A DNA stretch of 64,000 nt from Acidimicrobiales bacterium (GCA_041688815.1 JBDNHK010000023.1:5069-69068); one strand, 5' to 3'. Positions 28,361 to 38,686 are shown, counted from the stretch's first letter. Notes: a model not told the origin generated them from the sequence alone. Translations and numbers: made by a program.

Positions 28361-28540
28361 CCCAGGCTTTCTGGAGCTCCCACGGGGGTTCGCCTTCTGA
28401 CCGGTGTCCTGGGCGACGGATGGGCTGTCAGCCCGTGGCGAGCCAGCCATTGCGCTCATCACGAAACCGTCAGCCCGGTACCGGGCTCGGATTCCTCTCT
28501 TGCATCCATCCGCAGAATCTCCGCAGAGCCCCGGCTCCGC

Positions 28541-30409
28541 TCAGACCGACGCCGGGGCGCCTTCGGGGTGGTCGGCCGCCATGAGCGACACCGCCGAGGC
28601 CACGATGCCGGCGGTGTCGAGGCCGAGGTCGGCGAGGATGGCGTCGGGTTTGGCGTGGGGGAGGTACTGCGACGGGATGCCGAGCACCCTCACCCGGGGC
28701 TCGTGGCGGCCGACGGTGAGCTCGGCCAGACAGTCGGTGATCGTCATGCCGACACCTCCCTGGCGCAGGCCGTCCTCGCAGGTGACCACGTAGGGGTGGC
28801 GGCCGGCGTCGTCGAGCATGGCCGGGTCGAGTGGCTTCACGACCCGGGCGTCCCACAGGGTCACCGAGACGCCGTCGGCCTCGAGCCGGTCGGCGGCGGC
28901 CTCGGCGGCATCGAGCATCTTGCCGACGCCGATGATGCAGAGGTCGTTGCCGCGACGAAGCTGTCGGGCCTTCAACCCTGAGCCGACCTCACCGGGTGCC
29001 ACCTGGCGGGCGGCGGTCTTGGCCCAGCGGATGGCCACCGGTCCGTCGGTGATGTCGAGCGCGTCGTGCAGCATCTGCCCGAGTTCCTGGTACGACGACG
29101 GAGCGAACACGGTCATGCCGGGCACCTTGGTGAGCAGGACCATGTCGAGGATGCCGTGGTGGGAAGGGCCGTCGTCGCCGGTCACCCCGGCGCGGTCGAT
29201 ACAGAAGATGACGGGCTGGCGATGCAGGCCCACGTCGAGGTTGACCTGGTCGATGGCCCGGGTGAGGAAGGTCGAGTACAGGGCGACGACGGGGCGTAGA
29301 CCACCCATGGCCATGCCGGCCGCGGCGGTGACGGCGTGCTGCTCGGCGATGCCGACGTCGATCATGCGGTCCGGGAACCGTTCGCCGAAGGGCAGCAGGC
29401 CGGTGGAGTCGGGCATCGCCGCGGTGATGGCCACGATCTCGGGGTGCACCTCGGCCTCGGCGATGAGGGCTTCGGTGAAGGCGGCGGTGTAGCTGCCCGG
29501 CTTGGGTTGGCCGATGTCGTGCATGCGCTTGATCGGGTCGTTCTCGGCCGGCCCGTAGCCGCGGCCCTTCTGCGTGAGCACGTGCAGCACCTGCGGGCCG
29601 CTCATGTGGCAGGCGTTGCGCAGGGCCTCCTCGAGGGTGCGGATGTCGTGGCCGTCGAAGGGACCGGCGTAGCGGACGCCCAGGGCCTCGAAGAACGCGG
29701 TGGGCTCCCACAGCTCGCGGATGGCGGCCTTGGTGGCCTCCATGCCCCGCTCGGCCAACCCGCCGACCACCGGCATCTCGGCCAGCGTCTTCTCGAGTTT
29801 GGCCTGGCGGCGCATGTACACCGGGTTGTTGCGGATCTTCACCAGGCTCTCGCCCAGCTTGGAGATGGTGGGGGCGTAGGAGCGGCCGTTGTCGTTGAGG
29901 ATGATGATGCAGTCCCGACCCGAGTGGCCGAGGTTGTTCAGGCCTTCGAAGGCCATGCCGCCGGTCATGGACCCGTCGCCGATGACGGCCACGACGCGTC
30001 GCCCGGAACCCTGCGGCGAGGCCTCGGCCGTGGCCAGGCCGTAGGCGTAGGAGAGCACGGTGGAGGCGTGGCTGTTCTCGATCCAGTCGTGCTCGCTCTC
30101 GGCCCGGCTGGGGTAGCCCGACATCCCCCCGGCGCGCCGGAGCGTGGTGAAGTCCTGGGCCCGGCCCGTGACGATCTTGTGGGGATAGGCCTGGTGCCCG
30201 GTGTCCCAGAGGATGATGTCTTCGGGCGAGTCGAACACCCGGTGAATGGCCAGGGTGAGTTCGACGACCCCGAGGTTCGAACCCAGGTGACCGCCATTGG
30301 CCGTCACCGCGTCGATGATGAGCTGGCGCATCTCTTCGGCGAGGACGTCGAGTTCCGCGTAGGAGAGGACTCGGAGGTCGGCGGGCGACGAGATGGTCTC
30401 GAGGATCAT
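28541..30409 (-). CDS. dxs: 1-deoxy-D-xylulose-5-phosphate synthase
   Basis: GGHLGSNLG, WDTGHQAY, GDGSMTGG..N TPP motif, DVGIAEQHA, DGPSHHG. Confidence 0.97.
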   Translation of the reverse strand: MILETISSPADLRVLSYAELDVLAEEMRQLIIDAVTANGGHLGSNLGVVELTLAIHRVFDSPEDIILWDTGHQAYPHKIVTGRAQDFTTLRRAGGMSGYPSRAESEHDWIENSHASTVLSYAYGLATAEASPQGSGRRVVAVIGDGSMTGGMAFEGLNNLGHSGRDCIIILNDNGRSYAPTISKLGESLVKIRNNPVYMRRQAKLEKTLAEMPVVGGLAERGMEATKAAIRELWEPTAFFEALGVRYAGPFDGHDIRTLEEALRNACHMSGPQVLHVLTQKGRGYGPAENDPIKRMHDIGQPKPGSYTAAFTEALIAEAEVHPEIVAITAAMPDSTGLLPFGERFPDRMIDVGIAEQHAVTAAAGMAMGGLRPVVALYSTFLTRAIDQVNLDVGLHRQPVIFCIDRAGVTGDDGPSHHGILDMVLLTKVPGMTVFAPSSYQELGQMLHDALDITDGPVAIRWAKTAARQVAPGEVGSGLKARQLRRGNDLCIIGVGKMLDAAEAAADRLEADGVSVTLWDARVVKPLDPAMLDDAGRHPYVVTCEDGLRQGGVGMTITDCLAELTVGRHEPRVRVLGIPSQYLPHAKPDAILADLGLDTAGIVASAVSLMAADHPEGAPASV

Positions 30410-30572
30410 GAAGAGGTATTTTCCTTGGCGGCCGGGGAGCCGGCGAGGGCAGGGGTGCGAGCCGGGGGCTTCTTGTTCGCGGCGGTGCCGCAACGAGCGT
30501 CAAACGTATCCTCAACCTCGTTCCGTTTCACCATCACGGTCTGGATGACGACGGGGTCCGAGAGGTCGATCG

Positions 30573-31709
30573 TCACCGGGACGCGAGGCGTTGGCGATGC
30601 CCGACGGCGAAGGACGGCACGCCGAGCAGACTGACGGCCACGTTGACGAAGTAGAGGACGAGCCCGAGGGCCACCGCCTGCTCGGCCGGCACCCCGAGCG
30701 GCGTCAGGAAGACCACGAAGGCGGCTTCGCGGATGCCGAGCCCGGCGATGCCGATGGGAAGCACCTGGGCGATGAGCACCGCGGGGAAGAAGGCGAGGAG
30801 CGGGGTGAGGCCCATGTCGGCGATCCCGAGGGCCTCGGCCACCATGAGCGCCGCCACGCACAGCACGAGTTGGTAGACCATGCCCACGGCGATAACCCAG
30901 GCCGCGGCCAACGGATGGTGACGGAGGCGTTCGACGCCGAGGTGGACGGCTCCGACGAACCGGCGCCAGCCCGGCGCGGTGGTGAAACGACCACCGAAAC
31001 GTCGGGTGTCGGCGAGGATCAGGATGCCCATGAGCCCGGCCAGGGTGCCGGCGGCCACGGCCAACGCCAGCAGCGTGGTCGGGCCGAGATCTCGGAGCCC
31101 GGGGTTTATCAGCAGGCCGAGGAAGGTGATCAGGGGCAGCACCAGCCATCCGCTGAGGCGTTCGAGTACCACCGAAGCGAACGTGTCGGCCGGCTCGCCG
31201 TTGTCCTTGCTCAGGCGCGAGACCCGCAGGACGTCACCGCCGACGGTGGTCGGCAGCACGTTGGAGACGAACTGGCCGGCGAAGGTGAGCGGGACCAGGC
31301 GCCGGAGGCCCGTGGGCATGTCGAGGGCCTGGAGGACCTTCTGCCACCGCAGCGCGGACAGGACCAGAGCGATCACTGTGAGCACTGCGGCGCCGGTGAG
31401 CAGGAGCCCACTCCGAGATGACCATTCGGGGATTATCGTTCCCCACTCGAACGGGGGCATGCGCCAATAGAGGACGCCCAGCATCGCCAGGCTGGCCCCG
31501 ACGCGCAGGCCCAGAACGGTCCGACGCCGGGCTGGCGTGCGAGCCGGTGCCGTCGGATCGGGCAGGACGCCTTCGGACTCGGCGGTGAGGATCTGGGCCA
31601 CGCCACATTCCGAGAGGTCGGCGCACTCGCGGCCGTGCGGGGCCGCATCACCGTCGGGCGACGGGGCGACGGGGGCCCCGGTCCCTGGTGAAGACGGATG
31701 CGGCCCCAT
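30573..31709 (-). CDS. Lysylphosphatidylglycerol synthase TM/flippase-like protein (UPF0104)
   Basis: SALRW, NVLPTTVGGDV, SVVLERL, LPIGIAGLGIRE; true start may be GTG 31601. Confidence 0.85.
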   Translation of the reverse strand: MGPHPSSPGTGAPVAPSPDGDAAPHGRECADLSECGVAQILTAESEGVLPDPTAPARTPARRRTVLGLRVGASLAMLGVLYWRMPPFEWGTIIPEWSSRSGLLLTGAAVLTVIALVLSALRWQKVLQALDMPTGLRRLVPLTFAGQFVSNVLPTTVGGDVLRVSRLSKDNGEPADTFASVVLERLSGWLVLPLITFLGLLINPGLRDLGPTTLLALAVAAGTLAGLMGILILADTRRFGGRFTTAPGWRRFVGAVHLGVERLRHHPLAAAWVIAVGMVYQLVLCVAALMVAEALGIADMGLTPLLAFFPAVLIAQVLPIGIAGLGIREAAFVVFLTPLGVPAEQAVALGLVLYFVNVAVSLLGVPSFAVGHRQRLASR

Positions 31710-31720
31710 GAGGAGAGTCT

Positions 31721-32125
31721 ATGAACTCGGCCGGCGATGCGCTTCTCGGCGGTGCGACCGCGGACGATGGCGCCACCCCTCCCGGTACCATCGATCTCGA
31801 CCGACTGGTCGCCCAGCTGCCGACCGAGGAGCAGGCGCGGGCCCGCAACGGTTTGGCCGGGCTCACCGTTGGCGAGATCCCGTTCGTGGTCTGGATCGAC
31901 GGCGGGGGCCTCGTGCGACGGGTGCAGCTGCGACTCGACGACGTCACGTTGGGCCCCGACGCCGGTGGAACGGGTCGCGGCACCGTCGTGGTGACTGCCG
32001 ACCTGCTCGATCCGAATCAGCCGATCACCATCGACGTGCCCTCGGCCGGAGAGGTCACGCCCGTCGACTCGTTGCGCGGCGGCGGGCTCGGGGACTCCCC
32101 GATGCTGCCGAGGCTCGGGAACTGA
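31721..32125 (+). CDS. Hypothetical protein resembling the C-terminal half of LppX/LprAFG lipoproteins
   Basis: IPFVVWID..GLVRRV and PITIDVP..EV pattern; no signal peptide, possibly truncated. Confidence 0.4.
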   Translation: MNSAGDALLGGATADDGATPPGTIDLDRLVAQLPTEEQARARNGLAGLTVGEIPFVVWIDGGGLVRRVQLRLDDVTLGPDAGGTGRGTVVVTADLLDPNQPITIDVPSAGEVTPVDSLRGGGLGDSPMLPRLGN

Positions 32126-32191
32126 TCTTCTCGTCGCATCGGGGGCCTGGGAGCGAGGGTCCAGCGGGTGGGCCAGGTGCTTCCACCCCGC

Positions 32192-32569
32192 TCAGAGGCA
32201 CTTGTCGACGAACCGCTGCGCGTCGACGATGACGCGCGTCACGCGGCCGACGGCCACGAGCCCTCGGTCGTCGCCGACCGACACGGTGAACGACACCCGG
32301 CGACCGTTCACCTTCTCGACCGTGGCCTCGGCGGTCACCTCGTGGCCGACCGCCGACGGGGCCAGATGATCGATCTGGACCTTCATGCTCACGGTGGTCT
32401 CGCCCGGCTTGAGTTCGCCGGCCACGGCTTCGACCGCCGCTTCCTCGCAGAGGGCGATGAGACGGGGGGTGGCCAGCACCGGCACCTCGCCGGAACGCAA
32501 CGCGATGGCGGTGTCGCGGTCGGTCACGATCAGTTCGACACGGGCGCACTGGCCGACTTCTACGGGCAT
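32192..32569 (-). CDS. Hotdog-fold thioesterase (FlK-like)
   Basis: VLATPRLIALCE, TV...IDHLAP, VG.G...R.IVD. Confidence 0.88.
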   Translation of the reverse strand: MPVEVGQCARVELIVTDRDTAIALRSGEVPVLATPRLIALCEEAAVEAVAGELKPGETTVSMKVQIDHLAPSAVGHEVTAEATVEKVNGRRVSFTVSVGDDRGLVAVGRVTRVIVDAQRFVDKCL

Positions 32570-32721
32570 CGGCGGTACGCTACGTCGCTCACCCCCCTCG
32601 GGCCAGCCGCGGGCCCGACCGTCACGCCCGACCGTCTTCGCCGACAGAGGGTCCGTGGCCATCGCAGTAGTCCTTTCGTGCTCCGGATGGGGCACGAGAC
32701 CCGACCCAGGAGGATCGTTCC

Positions 32722-34113
32722 GTGATCGACGAGGTCGTCATCGACCGGGTACTCGCCACCGCCCTGCGCACGGGTGGTGACTTCGCCGAGGTCTTCGCCG
32801 AGGACAAGCGCTCGTCGTCGGCCCTGTTCGACGACGAGAAGGTGGAGGAGCTCACCTCCGGTCGGGATCGTGGAGCCGGCATCCGGGTGGTGGTGGGCGA
32901 CACCACCGGGTTCGCTCACACCGCCGATCTCACCGAGGCCGGTCTGATCGCCGCGGCCGACGCCGCGGCCGCGGCGGCTCGCGGTGGTGGCGGAGGTACC
33001 CAGGTCGTGGCCCTCACCCGGCGCACGGCCGACCGGGGCTATGCCATCGAGACCTATCCCGAGGACGTCGCCAAGGCTCGCAAGGTCGAGCTGCTCACCC
33101 GCGCCGACGAGGTCGCCCGCGCCACCGATGGGGCCATCACCCAGGTCTCGGTGAGCTACGGCGACAGTCGCCGACGCATCCTCGTGGCCAACTCCGACGG
33201 CGTCCTCGCCGCCGACGACACCGTGCGTACCTTCTTCGCGGTGAGCTGCGTCGCCACCGGCGACACCGGCATGCAGACGGGCAGGGAGAGCATCGGCCAC
33301 ACCGTCGGCTTCGAGCTGTTCGACATGTACGACATCGAGGAGCTCGCGTCGCGGGCCGCCGATCGGGCCCTGGTGAAGCTCCAGGCCCGACCTGCCCCCA
33401 GCGGGCAGATGCCCGTGGTCATCGCCAGCGGCGGCGGCGGCGTGCTGTTCCACGAGGCCTGCGGCCACGGCCTCGAAGCTGATCTCGTCGCCAAGGGGGC
33501 GTCGGTGTTCAAGGGGCGCGTGGGCGAACGGGTCGCCAGTCCCGGCGTCACCGTCGTCGACGACGGCACGATGCAACGCGAGTGGGGCAACCTCGCCATC
33601 GATGACGAGGGGAACCCCGCCCAGCGCAACGTCCTCATCGAGGACGGCTACCTCAGCGACTACATGTGGGATCTGCTGCGGGCCCGCAAGGAGGGCCGGG
33701 CCAGTTCCGGCAACGGCCGGCGTCAGAGCTATCAACACCTCCCGATGGTGCGCATGACCAACACCTACCTGTTGGCCGGCCACGACGATCCCGATGCCAT
33801 CGTGGCGTCCACCGACAAGGGCGTGCTGGTGAAGCACCTCGGGGGTGGGCAGGTCAACACCGCCACCGGCGACTTCGTGTTCGGCATGACCGAGGCCTAC
33901 CTGATCGAGGGTGGCAAGATCACCGAACCGCTCCGTGAGGGCAACCTCATCGGCAATGGCCCCGAGGTGCTGCAACGCATCGACGCTCTCGGCAACGACT
34001 TCGCCATGGGCCCTCCGGGTACCTGCGGCAAGGACGGCCAGGGTGTGCCGGTGGGTGACGGCGTGCCCACCCTCCGGGTGTCGAGTCTCACCATCGGCGG
34101 CACCGCCGCGTGA
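32722..34113 (+). CDS. tldD: TldD metalloprotease
   Basis: HEACGHGLE zinc motif, VDDGT, GNGRR, RMTNT, CGKDGQ.VPV. Confidence 0.95.
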   Translation: MIDEVVIDRVLATALRTGGDFAEVFAEDKRSSSALFDDEKVEELTSGRDRGAGIRVVVGDTTGFAHTADLTEAGLIAAADAAAAAARGGGGGTQVVALTRRTADRGYAIETYPEDVAKARKVELLTRADEVARATDGAITQVSVSYGDSRRRILVANSDGVLAADDTVRTFFAVSCVATGDTGMQTGRESIGHTVGFELFDMYDIEELASRAADRALVKLQARPAPSGQMPVVIASGGGGVLFHEACGHGLEADLVAKGASVFKGRVGERVASPGVTVVDDGTMQREWGNLAIDDEGNPAQRNVLIEDGYLSDYMWDLLRARKEGRASSGNGRRQSYQHLPMVRMTNTYLLAGHDDPDAIVASTDKGVLVKHLGGGQVNTATGDFVFGMTEAYLIEGGKITEPLREGNLIGNGPEVLQRIDALGNDFAMGPPGTCGKDGQGVPVGDGVPTLRVSSLTIGGTAA

Positions 34114-35450
34114 GCGACCTGCTCGACATCGCCGATCGGATCGTCGCCCTGGCCGCCGACGGCGAACAGGTCGAGGCTGTGGTCGTCCGGGGCCTCGATA
34201 CCGAGATCAAGGTGTACGAGGCCGAGGTGGAGTCGTTGTCGTCGGCGCAGTCCCAGGGCGTCGGCGTGCGGGTCGTGGTGGGGGGACGCCAAGGGTTCGC
34301 CTACGCCGGCACCCTCGACGCCGAGGTGATCGGCGAGACCCTCGCCGAGGCCCGCGACAACGCCCGCTTTGCCACGATCGACGAGTGGGCCGGCCTGGCC
34401 GAGGCCGACGGGGTCGCCGTCGCCGACCTCCGCCTCTACCGCAACGCGCTGGCCGACAGCTCGACCGACGCCAAGGTCGCGCTCGCCGTCGAGCTCGAGC
34501 GGGCAGTGCGCGCCGCCGATCAGCGCATCTCGGGAATCGAGTCGGCCGAGTACGTCGACTCACTTTCCGAGGCTGCCATCGCCACCACGACGGGCATTCG
34601 CAGCGTCGGCCGCGAGACCAGTTGCTACGTGGCCACCTACGCCATGGCCAGCGAGGGCTCCGACACCCAGACGGGTTTCGGCTTCTCGGTCGGTCGCGAG
34701 TTGGCCGAACTCGATGTGGCCCGAGCCGCGGCCGACGCCGCCGACCGGGCCACCCGCCTGCTCGGCGCGCAGAAGCCGCCGAGCGAACGGGTGACCGTGG
34801 TGCTCGACCCCTGGGTCACCGCCCAGTTCCTCGGCCTTCTCGGCTACACCTTGAGCGGTGAGGCCGTGCTGAAGGGACGTTCGCTGTTCGCCGACCGCCT
34901 CGGTGAGCAGGTGGCGTCACCGCTCGTCACCCTGGTCGACGACCCCACCGACCCACGGGCCTTCACCGCCACCGACACCGACGGCGAGGGCCTGGCGGCG
35001 CGGCGCAACGTGCTCATCAGCAACGGCCACCTCGACCGCTTCGTGCACAACGCCTACACAGCCCGTCGCGCCGGTACGGCGAGCACGGGCAACGCGGTGC
35101 GGGGCTACTCCTCCACCCCGGGGGTGGGGTGCATGGCCGTCTCGATGCGCCCGGGAACCGCCACGCAGGCCGAGCTCGTGGCCTCGGTCGGCGACGGCGT
35201 GCTGGTGCAGGACGTCTCGGGGCTCCACTCCGGCGTCAACCTCGTGTCGGGAGACTTCTCCACCGGCGCCGAGGGCCTGCGGATCCGGGGTGGCGAACTG
35301 GCGGAGCCGCTACGCGAGTTCACGATCGCCTCCACCCTTCAGCGCATGCTCCACGACGTCACCGCCGTGGGTGGCGACCTCCAGTGGCTGCCCATGAACG
35401 CATCCGGGGTGAGCCTGGTCATCGCCGACGTCACCGTCTCCGGCGCATGA
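34110..35450 (+). CDS. pmbA: TldE/PmbA, copy 1
   Basis: TldD/PmbA fold without HExxxH; DDP, FDxEG-like DTDGEG, STGNA, SGDFS; GTGA overlap. Confidence 0.9.
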   Translation: MSDLLDIADRIVALAADGEQVEAVVVRGLDTEIKVYEAEVESLSSAQSQGVGVRVVVGGRQGFAYAGTLDAEVIGETLAEARDNARFATIDEWAGLAEADGVAVADLRLYRNALADSSTDAKVALAVELERAVRAADQRISGIESAEYVDSLSEAAIATTTGIRSVGRETSCYVATYAMASEGSDTQTGFGFSVGRELAELDVARAAADAADRATRLLGAQKPPSERVTVVLDPWVTAQFLGLLGYTLSGEAVLKGRSLFADRLGEQVASPLVTLVDDPTDPRAFTATDTDGEGLAARRNVLISNGHLDRFVHNAYTARRAGTASTGNAVRGYSSTPGVGCMAVSMRPGTATQAELVASVGDGVLVQDVSGLHSGVNLVSGDFSTGAEGLRIRGGELAEPLREFTIASTLQRMLHDVTAVGGDLQWLPMNASGVSLVIADVTVSGA

Positions 35451-36829
35451 CCGCTCTCCACCCTCGCGTCGATGCCCCGGACGACGAGTGCGCCGACCTT
35501 CTGGCCGTGGCCACCGACGTGGCCCGGAGAGCAGGAACCGACGAGCAGGTCGAAGCCTTCGTGGGTCGATCGTCGTACACGAGTGTGCGGGCCCACGCCG
35601 GTGCGATCGAGTCGCTGTCGTCGGCCACCACCGCCGGAATCGGGATTCGGGTGGTGCGTGACCATCGCCAGGGCTTCGCGTGGGCCGGCAGCCTCGACCC
35701 CGATGTCATCGCCGAGACCCTCGCCGACGCTCGCGACAACGCCCTCTTCGCCGAGCCCGACGACTGGGTCGGCCTGGCCGAGCCCGATGGTGTGGCCCCG
35801 GTGCCGTTCGACCCGTTCGACCCGGCCGTCGCCATCCTCCCCACCGATCGCAAGGTGGAGCTGGCCCTCGACCTCGAGGCTCGGGTCCTTGCTGGCGACT
35901 CGCGTATCACCGGTGTGCGGGTGGCATCGTTCTCGGACTCCAGCCAAAGGGCCGCGGTCGCCACCAGCACCGGCATCACCGGATCGGGCCGGTCGGCCTG
36001 GTGCTCGATGGGGGTGATGGCGCTGGCCACCGACGGCGCCGAGACCTACACGGGCTCCGGGTCCACCGTCGGGTTCCGTCCCGACGACCTCGACCTCGAC
36101 GAGGCCGCCGGCGATGCGGTGGTGCGGGCCGTCCGGCTCTTCGGAGCCCGCCCCGTGCCGTCGCAGCGCCTGGCCGTGGTGCTCGAACCCCGCCTCGCCG
36201 CCGCCGTCGTGGGTCTCCTCGGCGGCACCCTCGCGGGCGACCGGGTACTGAAGGGCCGCTCGCCCTTCGCCGACCGGTTGGGCGACACCATCGCCGTGGC
36301 CGGGCTCACGCTCGTCGACGACCCCACCGACCACCGTTCTTACGGCGCCGACACGTTCGACGGCGAAGGGCTGGCCTGTCGTCGCAACGTGCTCGTGGCC
36401 GACGGCGTCTTGCAGGGCTACCTCTACGACACGGCCACCGCGAGGCGGGCGGGCACGGCCAGTACGGGGTCGGCGGTTCGAGGCGTCTCCTCCACGCCGT
36501 CGGTGGGCTGTCAGGCCCTGGCCCTGGCCCCCGGGGCCGGTACGCACGAGGAACTGCTCGCCTCTGTCGACCTCGGTCTCTACGTGCAGTCCATGACCGG
36601 TTGGCACTCCGGCGTGAACGCGGTCAGCGGCGACGTGTCGGTCGGCGCCGAGGGCCTGATGATCCGCGACGGCCAACTGGCCGAACCGGTGCGTGAGGTC
36701 ACCGTCGCCTCCACCCTGCAACGGCTGCTGCTCGGTATCACCGCCATCGGCGCCGACGTCGAGTGGCTGCCGGGCGGAACGGGATGCCCCACGCTGGTCA
36801 TCGCCGACGTGAGCCTCGGCGGCACCTGA
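35447..36829 (+). CDS. pmbA: TldE/PmbA, copy 2
   Basis: Colinear with copy 1 (KGRS.FADRLG, DDP, FDGEG, STG.A, GLHS/GWHSGVN); ATGA overlap. Confidence 0.88.
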   Translation: MTALHPRVDAPDDECADLLAVATDVARRAGTDEQVEAFVGRSSYTSVRAHAGAIESLSSATTAGIGIRVVRDHRQGFAWAGSLDPDVIAETLADARDNALFAEPDDWVGLAEPDGVAPVPFDPFDPAVAILPTDRKVELALDLEARVLAGDSRITGVRVASFSDSSQRAAVATSTGITGSGRSAWCSMGVMALATDGAETYTGSGSTVGFRPDDLDLDEAAGDAVVRAVRLFGARPVPSQRLAVVLEPRLAAAVVGLLGGTLAGDRVLKGRSPFADRLGDTIAVAGLTLVDDPTDHRSYGADTFDGEGLACRRNVLVADGVLQGYLYDTATARRAGTASTGSAVRGVSSTPSVGCQALALAPGAGTHEELLASVDLGLYVQSMTGWHSGVNAVSGDVSVGAEGLMIRDGQLAEPVREVTVASTLQRLLLGITAIGADVEWLPGGTGCPTLVIADVSLGGT

Positions 36830-36851
36830 GCGCTCGGCGCCCCGGCGGCGC

Positions 36852-37952
36852 TCAGATCGTTCCGGCGGCGAGCAGCCCGATGGTGATGACTGCGACCACC
36901 AGCCGCTCCCAGCCGAAGATGGCCAGGCTGCGCGTCTGCAACCAGCTCACCATCCACTTGACGGCGAGGGCGGCGGCCGCGAACGCGAAGAGCAGGCCGA
37001 TGAGCGGGTCGATCACCCCGTAGGCGTCGACGACGGTCGATCCGTTCTTGGCTCCCTCGTAGAGGGTGGCTCCGGCGAGCGTGACCAGACCGAGCAGGAA
37101 GCTGAACTCGACCGCGGCCGCCAGCGTCGATCCGATGGCGAGGGCGGCGAGGATCGTCACGAGGCTGCGGCTGGTGCCTGGCCACATGGCGATCACCTGC
37201 GCGGCCCCGATGATGAGCGCCTGCTTCGGGCCGATGTGGGTGAGGCTCAGGCCCGGTCGGTCGGCGCGGACCTTGTCGGCGATGGCCAGGATCAGGACTC
37301 CCCCGGCGATCCAGGCGGCTACCACCGGCCAGGGTCCGAGCAGGTTGTCCTTGATGGGCTTTTCGAACAGGACTCCGATGACGACGGCGGGCGCAGTGGC
37401 GCACACCAGGGCGATGAGCAGGCGTCGGCCGTCGACATCACGACCGAACAGGCCGGCGACGATGGTGGCGATGCGACGCCGGTAGAGCACCAGTACGGCG
37501 AGGATGGCGCCGAACTGGATGGCGATCAGGTACGAGTCGGCGGCGTCCTTGGTGGCGGGGTCCTCGCCGATGCCGAGCAGTCGTTGGGTGATGAGGAGGT
37601 GGCCGGTCGAGCTGATTGGGAGGTACTCGGTCACGCCCTCGACCACGCCGAGCACGGCGGCCTTCCATCCCGTCATCTCGGAGTCGGCGGCCTGCACGTC
37701 GGTCTCGTCGGTCGACGAGGTCGTGGCCGCGGGGCCCGGCCCGCCGGTGAGGGTGACGGTTGGGCTGTCCTGGGCTCTGACGGCCCGTTGGTCGCCGAGT
37801 ACGAGCCCGGTCAGGGTCGCGAGACCGAGGGCGACCAGGACCACGAGGGCGATCGGGCGGGCGACGAATCGTCCCCACGGGGGACGGGAGACGCGGCTGA
37901 GGTCGGGCACGACGACGTACGCTACCGCTGGTCGCGAACCTGTCTCGGGCAT
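36852..37952 (-). CDS. uppP: Undecaprenyl-diphosphate phosphatase with N-terminal extension
   Basis: EGVTEYLPISSTGH, IQFGAI, PGTSRS, FSFLL. Confidence 0.92.
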   Translation of the reverse strand: MPETGSRPAVAYVVVPDLSRVSRPPWGRFVARPIALVVLVALGLATLTGLVLGDQRAVRAQDSPTVTLTGGPGPAATTSSTDETDVQAADSEMTGWKAAVLGVVEGVTEYLPISSTGHLLITQRLLGIGEDPATKDAADSYLIAIQFGAILAVLVLYRRRIATIVAGLFGRDVDGRRLLIALVCATAPAVVIGVLFEKPIKDNLLGPWPVVAAWIAGGVLILAIADKVRADRPGLSLTHIGPKQALIIGAAQVIAMWPGTSRSLVTILAALAIGSTLAAAVEFSFLLGLVTLAGATLYEGAKNGSTVVDAYGVIDPLIGLLFAFAAAALAVKWMVSWLQTRSLAIFGWERLVVAVITIGLLAAGTI

Positions 37953-37993
37953 GCGGATCGGGCCCTTTCCAGCCCGGTGGAGGTCGGCCTAGT

Positions 37994-38677
37994 GTGGGTT
38001 CCTTCCCCCTCGTGTCCCCTCCCTGCGGAGGAGTTCTCTTGGGTTCTGTGTCATTCACGCCCCGTCGTCGGGCTCGCCTTCGGCGTCGGCGCCCTCCGGC
38101 CCGGTGGTTGGCTGCGGCCGTGCTGGCCGTGGTGGCGGGAGCGGTGGCGGCCCACGTGGTCGGCGATGCCGAAGCCACCCGCCAGGCCTACGCCACCCGG
38201 CGGTCGGTGCCGGTCGTGGTTCGTGATCTTGCTCCCGGTGCCGCGATCACCTCGTCCGACGTGGAGTTCCGTGATCGGCCCGCGGTCGCTGTGCCCGACG
38301 GTGTGGCCGCGGAGCCGATGGGACGGGTCGTGCGGGACCGGCTTCTCGCAGGAGAGGTCGTCGTCGAGGCCCGCCTGGCGGGCTCTGGTAGTGGGCCCGG
38401 CGCTCTGTTGTCGCCCGGTCGACGAGCCCTGGCACTGCCGCGAGACGAGGTCAGGGTCCAACTGACGATCGGCGATCGGGTGGACGTGTTGGCGCCCGAC
38501 GCCCTCGCCCCGGCGGGTGGCTCGGCCACGGCCCGGCGGGTGGCGCGCGCCGCCGAGGTCCTCGCCGTCGACGACACCACGCTGACGGTGGGCGTGCAGA
38601 GCGTCGAGGCGCCGGCCGTGGCCCGGGCGGTGCTCGACGGGGCGGTGGCGGTGGCGCTGGTGGCCCCGGCCCCCTGA
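37994..38677 (+). CDS. SAF-domain/CpaB-like protein
   Basis: TM segment, VVVRDLAPGAAIT..DV, PGRRALALP, GDRVDV; start uncertain. Confidence 0.75.
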   Translation: MGSFPLVSPPCGGVLLGSVSFTPRRRARLRRRRPPARWLAAAVLAVVAGAVAAHVVGDAEATRQAYATRRSVPVVVRDLAPGAAITSSDVEFRDRPAVAVPDGVAAEPMGRVVRDRLLAGEVVVEARLAGSGSGPGALLSPGRRALALPRDEVRVQLTIGDRVDVLAPDALAPAGGSATARRVARAAEVLAVDDTTLTVGVQSVEAPAVARAVLDGAVAVALVAPAP

Positions 38678-38686
38678 AGAGCGGCT

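Noticed and set aside
28440-28490. c-di-AMP riboswitch-like 3' motif (GAAACCGTCAGC..CCGGTA) or hammerhead-like words
   Set aside because: The conserved 5' elements and CUGANGA core are missing, and no co-oriented gene lies downstream.
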